A stretch of DNA of 64,000 bases from Camelus dromedarius (lineage: Eukaryota), in assembly GCF_036321535.1 (NCBI RefSeq), contig NC_087436.1, positions 91,700,001 to 91,764,000 on the forward strand, written 5' to 3'. Shown in pieces: positions 37,040 to 50,310 of this stretch. Within the stretch, counting starts at the first letter, position 1. Each line of letters starts with the position of its first letter. Made by a program: the position numbers and the translations under genes. The notes beneath the pieces were generated by a model that saw only the letters and a list, made by a program, of their open reading frames with translations, ran no database searches and had not been told where the DNA came from.

Positions 37040-37400
37040 AAATCTAGAAGGGGAATTTTAGAGGGGGCAAAGGCTATGCACATTTAAAAAGAATCATGGT
37101 AGACATTGCTTTTGTGCTTCAAAAATCTACACAAATTTACAATTCCACTAAAAGTTGATAGGAGTGCATATTTTTCTATTCTCTTGATGACTATATTAAT
37201 ACTCTATTTATCAGTACCCATGAGATAAATGCAAAGAATTATGTTATTGTTTTAAATTGTATGTCTAATTATTATTTAGGATGAATACTTTTTCTAAATA
37301 TTTATTGAACTTCTCTCTGATTTTTTTCTGAGATTCTTTTAGCATCTAATTTGTCTTTGGCTTCTATTAATATATTTGCTTTAAAAATATTTAGAAGCTA
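37040..37400 (-). mobile_element. Ancient L1ME-like fragment
   Basis: 'aatttacaattccactaaaagttgataggagtgc', 'ttattgttttaaattgtatgtctaattatt'. Confidence 0.45.
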
Positions 37401-37639
37401 GTTTTGGTGTTATACTTATTTATAAACTTTGAAGGATAGAAAATAAGTAATGTTTTCACATTGCCATGTTTAAATAGAAATTTCTATAGTCATTCATTGA
37501 AATTCTAGTTGCTTTTGCTTTCTAAATTTTGAAGCTATTTTCATAGGTTGCCTAAAGTATTAAAAAGGTTTGACCTTTTTGGTTAAATGCAACTTTTAAA
37601 TTAGCTGTAACCAAATTTTAAAATAAGATAATTATCTCT

Positions 37640-38830
37640 CACCACTCCTTGTCATTTCATACTAGAAGTACTAGCTAATGTAATAAGAAAAAAAAAGGAA
37701 AGGAAAGGAAAGGAAAGCCAAGCCAAGCCAAGCCATACAGATTGTGAAGGAAGAAATAAAATGTCTTTGTTTGTAAATGACATGATCACTTCTATGTAGA
37801 AAATCCAAAATAACTGACAAATAAACTTCTGGAACCAACAAGCCATATAACAAGGTTACAGAATGCAAAGTCAATATACAATAGTAAATTACTCTCCTAC
37901 ATAACAATAACAAATAAGTTGAATTTCAAATAAAAATGCAATATCATTTACATCATCACCCCAAAATTATATGCATAGGTGTAAATCTAACAAAATCTAT
38001 ACAAGAGATATATGTAGAGAAGAATAAAACTCTGATGAATGAAATCAAAGAAGTAAATAAACAAACAGTCCATGTTCATGGACAGGAAAGACAATATTGT
38101 CAAGATGTCAGTTCTGCCCAACTATATTGATAGATTCAAAGCAATCACAATTGAAATCCCAGAAAGTTATTTTGTGGACTAGACAAACTGATTGTAAAAT
38201 GTATTTGAAGAAAAAGACCCAGAATAGCCAGCAGAGTATTGAAAAAGAACAAAGTTGGAGAACTGAACTACCTGATTTTAAGACTTAATATAAAGCTACT
38301 GTTACCAAGGCAGTGTGGTATTGGCGAAAGAGTAGACTAATAGATCAATGGAACAAAACAGAGGGCCTAGGAATGGACTCTCATAATTGTAGTCAACTGA
38401 TCTTTGACAAAGGAGAAAAGGCAATACAATGGAGCAAAGATAGTACTTTTAACAAATGTAGCTAGAACAAAGACATCCACATGCAAAAAAATGAACCTAG
38501 ATGCAGACCTTAGACCCTTCTCAAAAATTAACTTAAAAAACATATCACAGAACTAAATGTTAAAATCAAAACTATAAAATTTCTAGGAGATAACATAGAA
38601 GAAAACTTAGATGACCATGAGTACAGTGATGACTTTTTACATGTAACACCAAAAGTACAATCCATGAAAGAAATAATTGGTAATCTGGACTTCCTGAAAA
38701 TTAAAATCTGCTCTGCAAAAGACAATGCTAAGAAAATAAGAAGACAAATCACAGATTTGGAGAAAATATTTGAAAAAGACACATCTGATAAAGGACTGTT
38801 ACCCAAAATATAAAAGAACTTTTAAAACAT
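37640..38830 (+). mobile_element. Old L1 ORF2 fragment (RT C-terminal part onward), frameshifted
   Basis: Peptides such as IGVNLTKSIQEIYVEKNKTLMNEIKE and TELPDFKT; 'tgtctttgtttgtaaatgacatgatc' corresponds to the LFADDM region. Confidence 0.85.
37694..37734. repeat. Compound pentanucleotide repeat (AAAGG)4-A-(AAGCC)4
   Basis: Read directly from the sequence. Confidence 0.9.
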
Positions 38831-39289
38831 ATCAATCTAGAACCGACATTTGTATTAGAATAAATTTGATTAAAGAAAGTAAAAGGCCTTATGTTGTTTC
38901 TAAAGTTGAATGTTTTCCCTGTTAGTAATGAGTTGTATATTTAAAAAGCATTTATGGAGCACTTATTATTCAGTAGGTCAAGCAGCCAAGTAAGAATTCA
39001 TTAATGCAACGAATAAAACATTGTATTTTGAAGGATTAAAAATTATGAAATAAAAGCACCTGCATAGGAATTTTGATTTGCTCTTTAGGCAGATGCATTT
39101 AAAAAGATAACCTTACTGTATTGAGCAGCAGTTTAGCTTCAGGAAATCCAAGATACCTTCATGGAGCAGCTACTCTGTGTGTAACTAGCACTTTACCAGG
39201 CATAATGGTGGTTGTACTGAGGCTAAAAAAAAAAAAAAAAACAGCTAGTATCTTCTGTGCATTTAATTTATACCTAGAACAGCTCTCAG

Positions 39290-39430
39290 AATTTTATATG
39301 TAGTATATAAATTATTCCTCCCAGCACCACCACTAAGGGTAAATATTATTATTATGCATATTTTAGAGGTGAGAAAACAAAGACTCATTAAATAACTTGT
39401 CTGAACTAACATAATGAAAATGGAGCTACA
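39290..39430 (-). mobile_element. MIR fragment
   Basis: 'attattatgcatattttagaggtgagaaaacaaagactc...ttaaataacttgtc'. Confidence 0.65.
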
Positions 39431-39754
39431 TTCAACAGGTTCTTATGGTCTAGCTAGGGTCACACAAATCACAAAAGTGAAATATTTCTTAAAAGAGTAT
39501 ATTTTAAAGACCTATGAAAACTATAAATCCTATGGCAGTTCATTGGGCACAAAGTCAGTAAGACTGGGATGATTAAGACAGCTTTTATAAACTTTTAAAA
39601 TTTAGGCCTGGAAACATAAGTAGATTTAGGAAGTTATAGGAAAAGATGAGGATCTTCTAGGACAGAGGTATAAGAGCAAAGAGAATGAAATGGGGATAAT
39701 CATCAAGGGCTTTCGCAACTGATGTGGATGGGCCTGGGAAGGCAGACTTCAGGT

Positions 39755-40263
39755 CCTGTCAGAGAGCAGGCATTTGCTGGGCTAACTGACCAGCATCCAT
39801 TTCCTCTTCCACAGATTAGAGCGCCTCTGTTTTCATCCAGGTGTCCACGCTTACTTGCTCAGTTCAGACATTTCGTAATTTGATTCCACTATGGGAGGAG
39901 CTAGGTTTAAGAACTGTGAGGCAAGCCTGAAGCAATATTGTCCACATGGCTCTGTTAGAAGCAGGACCTTTTTGGTCCTATCATAATTCTCTCCAACACA
40001 GTCATTTGGATACACATGTAAGTAAGTAAGTCCAGAAGCCATTATGTGCCCATAAATAGCGTGCATCCTCCCAAGAGCAGCGTCAACAAAGAAGAAGGGA
40101 GGTCGTGCAATGGAGACTGGAAATGAGGGCCTGGACTTCCTGAATCTCAGTACCAGTACAGTTTAGAGACTACATTCTTGTTCCAAAGGATACATTTCTT
40201 TATTTTTTTAATCCAGTTTGATTACATGTTTTCATTATAACTGAAAGTATACTGATGAATACA
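39755..40263 (+). mobile_element. Old MaLR LTR (MLT1K-like)
   Basis: 'ccagcatccatttcctcttc', 'gaagccattatgtgccc', end 'ttaatccagtttga...taactgaaagtatactgatgaataca'. Confidence 0.55.
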
Positions 40264-42479
40264 GATAATACCATGAGAAGCAGGTAATAGGAAAAGCAAA
40301 AATTAAAAAAACAACAAAAAAAATTGCTTTTCAAATTTGAGTTCTCTCATTCTCCAGATGAGTGACATTTTCAAGATATTTAATTTCTCCCCGAGTTTCA
40401 GTTGACTCATAGCAAAACAGGGAAAAAAAACTGAATTATGGAGCATTTTGCAGAGGCAGAACTGACAGGGTGAGATTAGATGGGAGTGAGAATGAATGTG
40501 CACTTGAAGAGCTCAGATTTGATAAAGTCTGTTACACTGGCTTTAAAAGTGTTGGCTCCAAGGAATGACGTGACTGAAAGCATTAGTACATTTAACTGAA
40601 TATTATTTTGCTTAAAGAACTTCAGGGTAAGAAGCTATGAAGCCCTAATAGTAATTATGTATAAAGATTAAAGTTTGTGTTAGGTTGTTGAGCACAGGAA
40701 CAGGAATGGAAAAACTGGCTTCAGGAATATTTCAAAGACCAGAAAAATAAATAAATTAATGGTTCTCTACTTTGATAGAATGACAAAATATATTGGCTTA
40801 GTTCTACTCAAAACTGACATTCGAAATGACTATTTTATAAGAATGCAAGAGTTCAACTCGTGGTTTGGCAAAAAATTAATATTTGACTTATAGGTGGTTT
40901 TGGAGCTTTGTAAATCTGTGCTTTTCCACCTGGTTTGTAGTTCACAGTTCAGTTAAAGACCCTGCTAAAACATATGACACTTTGCTGCACACTAGAGAGC
41001 TATAGAATAGAATTATATATCAAAGGGAAATATTAGATATGTATTTGGTAGAACTGTACAGTAGGGATTTAGAGAAGTTGAAATCAAGTTGACAGCAAAA
41101 TAAATCAGATAGCATGAATTTGAAAGAAACATTAACCTAAAAATAGTCTTAGGTTTGGACATGTTTATTTACCAGAAAAAAAAAAAAACCAGTAACACCT
41201 CAGATTATATACATTTTTCCCCAACCAGGAGCTAGACTTACAAAGATAAAGAAAACTGAAGAGCTGGAAAATTACTGATATATATTATAGAATAAAACTG
41301 TGGATTTTAAGGATGACTGAATTATCTAGAATGATAATTTCTCTATAATATTGAGTTGGTTATTTTCAATGGGTTCTTGTTCAACTTTCCACTCCTCTAA
41401 AAATAGTTCAAATTTGGAGTAGGATGTGGATGGAACACTGAGAACGTTCCTATTTCAGAGAAATAAAGACTTCTGCCCCTGACATTCCTGCTATGAGTGC
41501 AGACTGCTTGGTTTCCATGTTGCTTTATTTCCTCTGCAAACAAGAGGGGAAAAGATAATATTCCTAAGGTGATTTATAGGTTTGTTTTTTAGCAGCAGCT
41601 CATAAAACATAGGTTGTAAAGCATTTGGAAGGTATAAAATTTGGGCCTAATGCAAAATCATATGTACCGAAGATACCATGCTGCAAAGGACAGCTTGTAT
41701 ATTCCAGGTGTTCAAACTGAAAAGGCTAATGACATCAGAGCAACTATAATTCATGAAGAAAGACAGAGATCTAAATTCCCCAAGCCAGAGAAGGAAGTAG
41801 TAAACATTGTAGGACTTTATTCATTATTAAAATATGCAAAAATTAAATAGCCAGGGCCTCCAGCTAAGAACACTATGGCACTGCAAAATGGATTGCAAAT
41901 TAGTTATTTAGTTTATGCTAGACTATCAGAAGAATCAAGCAATAATTTACATTAAAGGATTTCTCATTTTAATTTTTCACCAGTAACTGTGAGAGCAAAA
42001 TATGCAAACCAAGAAGCAATAAGGCAGCTGTCAGTCTGAATGAGTTTTACTATCTCTGGCCCTTCTGCTTTCAGCTTTTTATATGTGCTTCTTTGGTACA
42101 ACCCCCTCAGTGCCTTGTACTGACCCAGTTCTGAAGCCAGTTCTGATTAAGCTAAGAAATATAGCTGTGCTGCCATCAGGGAGCCGACAAAATCAAGTCA
42201 GCGTCTCGCTTTAAGGTCTTATGCTGTTGCCTTGTTTAATATCTCACACGGTCCCTCCCTTGATGGAGACTCCACTTGAGGAAATTTATCTTTATTGAGC
42301 ATTTATTTCATGTTAAACTCTGTCCTATAAGCTTTTTTAGCTTCAAATATTTTAAAAAATCGAGTTAATCATATGACAGTACGTGGTACTTAATCATCAC
42401 TGGTCACACTGTTAAGACTCCTTGTTAGTTCATTATTTTTTTCTTCATCCACTTTCTCCTTTCTCCACATCATCCCCAA

Positions 42480-42800
42480 CTGGATGATGGGAAAATGGCC
42501 GCTACCACACAATGCAAGGAGGAAAGAATGTATGAAATGCAGGAGTCTTTCTGAGGCGCCCGTTTGTACTGCTCTCTATCATGATGGCAGTTCTTGGAAA
42601 ACTACCATTCAAATAGGCAAGACTCTCAATAGCATAGATCCTAAAGGAATAAAGTTTGGGGTCACCATACCAGTCAAGAAACCATAGTCATCTGGGGTAC
42701 TTTCTGAAGCCAAAGGAAATAGGGAATTAGTAGCGAGAAGTGGAATTTTTCAATACAAGCTACAGCAATGTGATCGTTTGCAGCAAGGAGGACTAGAACT
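42480..42800 (+). mobile_element. ERVL internal 3' fragment
   Basis: 'gctaccacacaatgcaagg', 'cagttcttggaaaactac', 'agatcctaaaggaataaagtttggggtcacc'; similar to 10030-10230. Confidence 0.65.
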
Positions 42801-42995
42801 TACAGCTATTTCTTCCTTGTTTTTGTCTGTGTGTGTGTATATGAATGAAAGCATTATGTAACTTCATGTTTCTTCTATCAATTTTAACCATTGAAGCAAG
42901 TAACAAATTACATGCAGAAGCAAGGTAAAGAAAAAAGGAAAAGTTAAGAGAGAGAGAAAAAATACCCTATAGATATCCTGTTGAGACTTCCTAGG

Positions 42996-43412
42996 TCAAA
43001 TGGCTTTATTTTATTCTTTTTTATGGCTGAGTAGTTTTCCATTGTATAAATATACCACAACTTCTTTATCCAGTCATCTGTCCATGGACATTTAGGTTGT
43101 TTCCTTGTCTTGGCTGTTGTAAATAGTGCTGCTATGAACATTGGGGTACAAGTATCTTTTTGAATTAAGGTTCCCTCTGGATATTTGCTCAGGAGTGGGA
43201 TTGTTTTATCATATGGTAAGTCTATTTTTAGTTTTTTGAGGAATCTCCTACTGTTTTCCATAACAGCTGCACCAAACTACATTCCCACCAACAGTGTAAG
43301 AGGGTTCCCTTTTCTCCACACCCTCTCCAGCATTTATCTTTTGTGAATTTTTGAATGATGGCCATTCTGACTGGTGTGAGGTGATACCTCACTGTAGTTT
43401 TGATTTGCATTT
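42996..43412 (-). mobile_element. Young L1 ORF2 C-terminal fragment lacking 3'UTR and tail
   Basis: [19 protein letters not shown]...[18 protein letters not shown] and [12 protein letters not shown]...CTPMFIAALFT...KLWYIYTMENYSAIK. Confidence 0.92.
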
Positions 43413-43689
43413 ACTTCTTTTTTTAATCACAGTTCCAATTTTTCCCCAGGCATTTTCCCAACATCTGTATTTTCTAGTATCTACTCTGAGGAGGCTGAGG
43501 TAAGTAAGGTGGAAATGAACTACATACTTATATACAGAATTTTGGGGTTTTGGCAAAAGAATGTTTAACAAATATAATCAGCATATGTGTGCAATAAATG
43601 CCCTTTATTGTATTCATCTGGAAAAAGAATGATCTCAATAACAGAAATTTCTATTTAAGTAGGAAGAAAAAGACCTATTTCAGTTATCT

Positions 43690-44038
43690 GTAGTAAATTA
43701 AAACAACAGCTCTCCTCTGTCACATATTACACCAGTCTTAACTCAAACGCAGCTGGGGGATGTGTTTCCTGAACGGCTCACCCAGTGTCTGGCAGACTAG
43801 GAGAACTCTCCATGGGGCTGCTTAAGCCTCCTCATAGCACAGAGGCTGGATTCCAAGAGGCATAAAGTGAAAGCTGTGAATTCCCTAAGGACGTGGCCTG
43901 GAAACTGGTACATCACTCTCACTATACCCTAGTGATCAAGCAGGCACAGATCTGATCAAATTCAAAGGGAAGGAACATAAACTCCACCTCTCTATGGAAA
44001 AGTTATCAAAGTATTTGCAGTTATTTTTAATCACCACA
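43690..44038 (-). mobile_element. MaLR LTR (MLT1H-like)
   Basis: 'ctctccatggggctgcttaagcctcctcatagca...ggctggattccaagag', 'aaactccacctct...tttttaatcaccaca'. Confidence 0.75.
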
Positions 44039-44100
44039 AAATTACACAGACATGTGGGAAGGTATTTTTACATAAATACATAAGTAAATAAACAAACAAA

Positions 44101-44140
44101 TATATATGTATGTGTGTATACACACACACACACACACATA
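44101..44140. repeat. (TA)/(TG)/(CA)n microsatellite
   Basis: tatatatgtatgtgtgtata followed by about nine CA units. Confidence 0.85.
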
Positions 44141-44144
44141 AAAC

Positions 44145-44525
44145 AACAACAACACAACAAATCTCAGTGTCCTAGCCCACTAAAGTTTGTTTCTCATGCA
44201 TGTCACAGTACAATGTCATTAGTGAGAGTCAGAGGAGGGGCTTTGCTCCAGAATCAGATATAAACGCAAGGTCCTTCTACCATGTAATCACGACTTATAC
44301 TTGCGTTTTGTCCTCTTCTGCCATCAGCCAGTGTATGGGGAAAGGGAGAGAGAGAGTAAGCACGGAGGATGGTGAGAGAAGGCTTTAAAAATGCCAGTCT
44401 AATAGTTGACGTAAATGATATCTCATTGGCTAAAACTCTCTGGCTAACTGAAAGGGAGGATAGGGGCTTTGGGCTCCTTATATGCTCAAGAAGAACTAGA
44501 AGTAGGTCCTGTGAGCATCTAGCTA
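44145..44525 (-). mobile_element. Old MaLR LTR (MLT1L-like)
   Basis: 'aaatctcagtg...aaagtttgtttctcatgcatg', 'ctcattggctaaaact', 'gtgagcatctagc'. Confidence 0.5.
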
Positions 44526-44944
44526 ACCCCCGAAACATGTTTCAAATTGCAGTTGTGTGGTGGATGCCTGCGTAAACCGGGGACTCTCATAAGCCACAGA
44601 CTCTTTTCTGTTAAACAAATACAAAAGTCGGTGCAGCTTTAGATTCTGCTGCTCCAGTAGGCTGACTTGTGATCTAGACGTTTCACGAAAAGCCCACGGT
44701 TCTAGACAAGTGAGTGTCTAACTCAGTTTCTAAGCGGGGCTGATACTCTCTGAGAGTTTTGAGCCCTTGATTTGTCCAACAGCCCAAATCCTAGAAAAAT
44801 TTGCCTCACTTCATATTTAGTCCTGTTTCTTTAACTGTTCCTTTTCTCCTGACTTCAGACTTTGTTCTCTCTCTCATAACACTCTGAATATAATGTCAAT
44901 GATACTAGTTCATGTTGAGTTGAACGTGTCTCTTTAACTAGACT

Positions 44945-45139
44945 TGCAGATCTCCAAGTATGATCCCCAGATTGACAGGAAGATCATCACCTGGAATTTG
45001 TTAGAAAGGAAAATCCACGTGTCCCATCACAGACCTACTAAATGGTCTACTAAATGAGTGACTCTGGGGATGGAGCTTGGCAATGTGAGCTGTAACAACC
45101 CCTTCAGGTGACTGATACCAGTAGGTTTTAAATCCACTG
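44945..45139. mobile_element. MER5A (hAT-Charlie)
   Basis: 'catcacctggaatttgttagaaa...cagacctactaaat...actctggggatggagc...taacaaccccttcaggtga...aatccactg'. Confidence 0.8.
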
Positions 45140-46840
45140 AATGAGAATATGCTCTTTCCTCTCCTTCTATGTTCCTAATCAGCCCATCTACCCGATTCCT
45201 AACCTCCTGTGTTCTTAGTAGTCTACGTTGCTCCTGTTTGCCCAGAAAGCAGTCTCTGTGTAAGTATTAATCTATTTACTTAATTAACATTAATTTTATT
45301 AAGAAATAAATTAGGAAATTCATAACAACTTATTAATACCTAGAATAACTTCTGAGATTAGCTCTTGTTTGTATCTTTAATTAATTATATTGTTCGTATG
45401 ACAAAAGCTGTCCAGTTTGTTTTTCACATTTTTCCCTGTGGGCTTTAATATCTTGTTCTTTTTTACTTGACTAGCTAATTTCTTCCCATCTTAGAAAGTT
45501 TTTTTGGATGGTTGTGTAGAATTTTTGAATGTTCTTGATTTGTACATTTCTTCCATTACGTGTTGGTGAACATAATGTGATTATCAATCATTTCTTTATA
45601 AAGGTATTTAATATTGTGCATGTCCAAGATCACAGGTATTAGAGTAGAAATAAAAATGTTTAGTCTGGCACTATTAAGTTCTCAAATTGCTCTTGTAATA
45701 TGAATGTTTTTCACTTCAAATGTATTTCTTAAAATAAGTAAATACTGGGATACCAGCGTAATATATTTGCCATGCAGTGATTACACACAATGCTCTAACA
45801 TGTCCCTCACATTCCTCAGAGGGAAATTTAACAGTGTTACAGAAGATGTATCCTGTGCTTTTGCTGCGGCACAATAGGGGATCCATTTTAAGCTTGAGAC
45901 CAAGCAGAAAATGGCTCATTTCATCAAAGAGATTTAAGACGCCTCTCCTATCACCCAGTAGCAGAGGCTGCTGATAAACAGTAGGAAACACACACCCACA
46001 AACACACACATTTCTCAGGTTAACAAAAGCAAAAACTGCAGTATCACACAGCCACTTTCCAATGTAAAACAAGTAGCTAGTTTAAAGCAGAAGATACTAA
46101 AACAATATGAGGTCTTTTATTACAATCAATTTATACAAACTCAGTACTTACAGGACCCAGACAATGATAAAGGATTTGCTGTGGTTAGAACTCCTTAAAG
46201 TTCCAAGATATATGACTTCACCAAGTGTTACTATAAATAGTTTAGTGAATAGGAGAGACTATTTTTCTATTAATAGTTTAATAATTAGCCAGAAGAAACT
46301 CTCAAGAATTCTATTTTAGCAAGAATTTTATTTTCATTCATAAAATACAAAATAATTGCCTCCTTTCTATACACTGAGCTAACTCAAGAGGTGTTCCTGC
46401 GAACAGAGAGAGAGAGTACTGACATTATTTATCTTACATTCTAATGGAGAAACACTCAAATATACTAGAGGGGAGATATATATTTTTTTCTTAATTATTT
46501 TAATTATTCATATACATAAATAGAACTTATTTGATGACAAGTTTAGTAAATTGTTTATGTTATAATCAATATTCTAGTTAAAATATATATTCTGAAATAT
46601 GAAGTTCTTATTACTATGAGAAGAAAGAGAGAATAAATTTTGGGGAGGTGGGAGGAGCAATTGACAGTCCTTGCCGTGAAGAACATTTATCTGTGATATG
46701 TATGAAATTAATATAAAGTCAGCATATTAAATTTAAAGAGTTTTTTCTTTGTTTTTTGCTGGGCAAAGTGTGTGTCCATTCTCTCACAGAGACAATATTC
46801 TCCACACATTTTCGCATAAGACAGTAACAGAATTTTTCTT

Positions 46841-47459
46841 TTTTTTTCTTTTTTTTTAATTGAGTTATAGTCATTTTACAATGTTGTGTCAAATTCTAGT
46901 GTAGAGCACAATTTTTCAATTATACAAGAACACACATAAATGCATTGTCACATTTTTTTTTCACTGTGAGCTACCACAAGATCTTGTATATATTTCCCTG
47001 TGCTATACAGTATAATCTTATTTGTATAATCTTATTTATCTATTCTATATATGCTTATCAATATCTACAAATTTTGAAATCCCAGTCTGTCCCTTCCCAC
47101 CCTCCGCCCCCTTGGCAACCACAAGTTTGTATTCTATGTCTGTGAGTCTGTTTCTGTTTTGTATTTATGTTTTGGTTTTTTTTAGATTCCACATATGAGC
47201 GATCTCATATGGTATTTTTCTTTCTCTTCCTGGCTTACTTCACTTAGAATGACATTCTTCAGAAACATCCATGTTGTTGCAAATGGCATTATGTTGTCAG
47301 TTTTTATAGCTGAATAGTATTCCATTGTATAAATATACCACCTCTTCTTTATCCAGTCGTCCGTTGATGGACATTTAGGCTGTTTCCATGTCTTGGCTAT
47401 TGTAAATAGCGCTGCTATGAACATTGAAGTGAAGGTGTCTTTTTGAAGTAGGGTTCCTG
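46841..47459 (-). mobile_element. Young 5'-truncated L1 with tail and TSD
   Basis: Poly(T) at left; ORF2 C-terminus QKDTFTSMFIAALFTIAKTWKQPKCPSTDDWIKK; TSD agtaac(ag)aatttttctt at 46823-46840 and 47460-47475. Confidence 0.92.
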
Positions 47460-48529
47460 AGTAACAATTTTTCTTAATCATGATTGCATTGATTTTATAC
47501 AACAGTCTTGTAATGTCCTTCAATATAAACTAATGGACTAATCCAGTAAAAAACAACTACTCTATGGTTAAAACAATGAAGGGAACAAGGTTTTTAAGTG
47601 TTTTCAATGAATGAGTAAATGCAGTGTCCCCCTCAATACAAAGTAGAATTATCCCTGTGTACACATAGTGATTATGTTTTTCAGTAATGGCCATGAAAGT
47701 TTGCAAGACGTAATCTATATTCTGTTAATTCACCTTGAAGTTTAATGGGACATATGTAGCTTCCTTTTATTGAAATTTTTTTTAATCTCTTTTAAGTTTG
47801 TAAGACATGTATACATTTATTTCTATTACAGCTTTATTATATTGTATAATTGCTACATGTGATTGTTTGCAAATTTTCCATTAATAATAATTATTAAACA
47901 GTTAATATCTATTATATCTTTTCATGATAAATACTAATCGACTTCACAGTCATTTTGCTGCATATGCTTCTGTTCTTCCTCTGATAAGCCCTCTCAAGTT
48001 TAATTTAGGATATAAATTGTCTTATTTATATTTCAATAGCTGGCATATTACATGTAGTCAATCATTGCTTATTGATTCTGTAAGCGATTTTACAGTACTG
48101 TGGTAAAAACTTACGTTATTTATATTAATTTAGATAATGTTAGTTGTTATAAAAATACACACCAGCTTTCCAATGGTTTACCAAAATAGAAATATGTTTT
48201 TTTAATGTAACTATCCAACACAGATGCCCTAGGTTGCTTGCGAGCATCTTTCATTTACTTGGTGATTCAAGGGCTCACATCATTTCCGTCTTGTGGCTTC
48301 ACACCTTTCAGTCTTTTGTAATGGAAGAGGGAATTCTCTAGACAAGCCCAAATGTCCTAAAGCATCCATTGTATATAGTAAATTAACTTCTCATCTACTA
48401 ATCTAACATGATAACAGTTATGTGGATCCTTGGGAGGTCTTTGATTAGTCAATCAAATAAGGAATCATGTGCCTGTGTATGTGTCGGTGTATGTGTGTAT
48501 GTATTGTGTCAGAGTGTGTAATTATAAAA

Positions 48530-50090
48530 ATGGAGTAATACTATGCATATTATTATGAAATTGCTAATTTCACAATACAGCATATCAAATTTTACCATGT
48601 CATGGCATATATAATTCTGCAATATAAGTATATAAAAATAAATCTAATAATTTTATTAACGGACATTTATGTAGTTTTTATTTTTCTGTTATGGCAACGT
48701 ATGAGTTTGTACCCAACAATACGTTCTTAAATGTTTCCATGTTCTACATATAATTCTATATTATGCATATATGAAAGTTCATGAAAGAATTCCCCTACTG
48801 ATGGATAATTAGGTTGTTTCTATTTTTCTATCGTTATAATACTACAATGAGTATACTTGCAAATATATTTGTGAAATAAGCATACATTTGTGTTTGATTT
48901 GATTTCACAAGTGGATTTTCTGAGTCAAGGTACAAGTGTGACTTAAACGTATAGATTTGGTGACACTGTCCTTTGAAAAACAGAGTATCAATCTCTTTCC
49001 ACCAACACTTAATTCCATCTCCACATTGCTTCTACTCTGGATATTTTTGATCTTCTTAATTTTTCTAATCTAGTTAGAAAAAATGTTAATTTTTTCTTTA
49101 ATTTGCATTCATTTCATTACTTGTGAGGTTGAGCACATATGCATTGGCTACTTAAAATCTATTGTGAGAATTGACTTCATACATTTTGACATTTTTCCAT
49201 TGGATGGCAATGTACTGATTTTCAGTGTTTGTATAAAGGCATAAATAAATAGTTGCCCTTTTCAATATGTTTTTAATATTTTTCTGTTGTTCACACATTC
49301 CCTGGCTTAGTTAATTTTGAAAATTTTAATTTTTATGTATTTATATCTGTAAATATTTTTTCTCACTTGTTCTGGATTCTGTTAACCTTAGGAAAGCTTT
49401 CCACACTCCAAGATTATGAACAGTGATCTTCCATATGTCTTCTAGTACATTTTTTGTTTCAATTGTTCTAACTAGTTCCTTCATTTACCTAAAAGTTAAT
49501 TTCTATATAAGGTATAATTTCTGTATAGATATATAAAAGATATACCTTTATTTTTTTCAAATGGGTTTTGCTAATCCTAAATCCATCTCTTCCCCCCTCA
49601 TTTGAAATACCATATTCTTAATTATATTTTGTTCATGTATCTATTTGTTTGTATCTCAGTCAAGACCACATTGATCTAAAAGGTCTTACAATATGTTGTC
49701 AGTAAGTAAGATGTATCCAAGATGTATCAATATTGGCATTCTTTTTTAAAAAAAATGACTTAGACATATTCATATATACATTCATCCTATACTTTTTACA
49801 ATCAATTTGTGAATTTGTAAGGTGGGGCTGTGCTTGTAATTGCAAGAATCTTTAGAATATTTTGGTGAGAAATATCATGTGATTAACATGATATATGTCT
49901 CCTTTTATTTAGGTTTATTCAGATTTTCCTTTATAGCTTGGGACAAATTTGCATAGTTTTATTCATATATGCTTCACAGCTTTTTTTTTAAGTAAACATG
50001 TTACAACTTTCTTCTGCATTTTCTCATAGGATATAATGGTATATAAGAAAATAATAATCTTTGGACTATTGATCACATATCTGCTTTGCA
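48530..50090 (-). mobile_element. Ancient L1ME-like fragments
   Basis: 'tcccctactgatggataattaggttgtttc', 'ttaatttgcattcatttcattacttgtgaggttgagcac', 'ttccacactccaagattat'. Confidence 0.6.
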
Positions 50091-50099
50091 GGTATATGA

Positions 50100-50310
50100 C
50101 TTTACATTTACTGAGCTCCTATTATTTGCCATATAGCATGCCATGTGCTTTGCTTGCATTCTGTCATCTAATCTTTATCCAAAAATACTCTATAATATTA
50201 TTGTCCCCATTTTAGAGAATGGCATACTGAAGATGAAGTGATTATTGTTTGACAAGTAGTGAAGGAAGATACAAATCAAATCCAAGTCTTCGCAGTCAGA
50301 ACTCAACACT
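50100..50310 (-). mobile_element. MIR SINE
   Basis: 'catttactgagctcctatt', 'tcatctaatcttt', 'tattattgtccccattttagaga'. Confidence 0.7.

Noticed and set aside
41641..41850. Hydrophilic 69-aa ORF
   Set aside because: No recognisable homology, TTG start, no supporting splice or promoter context.
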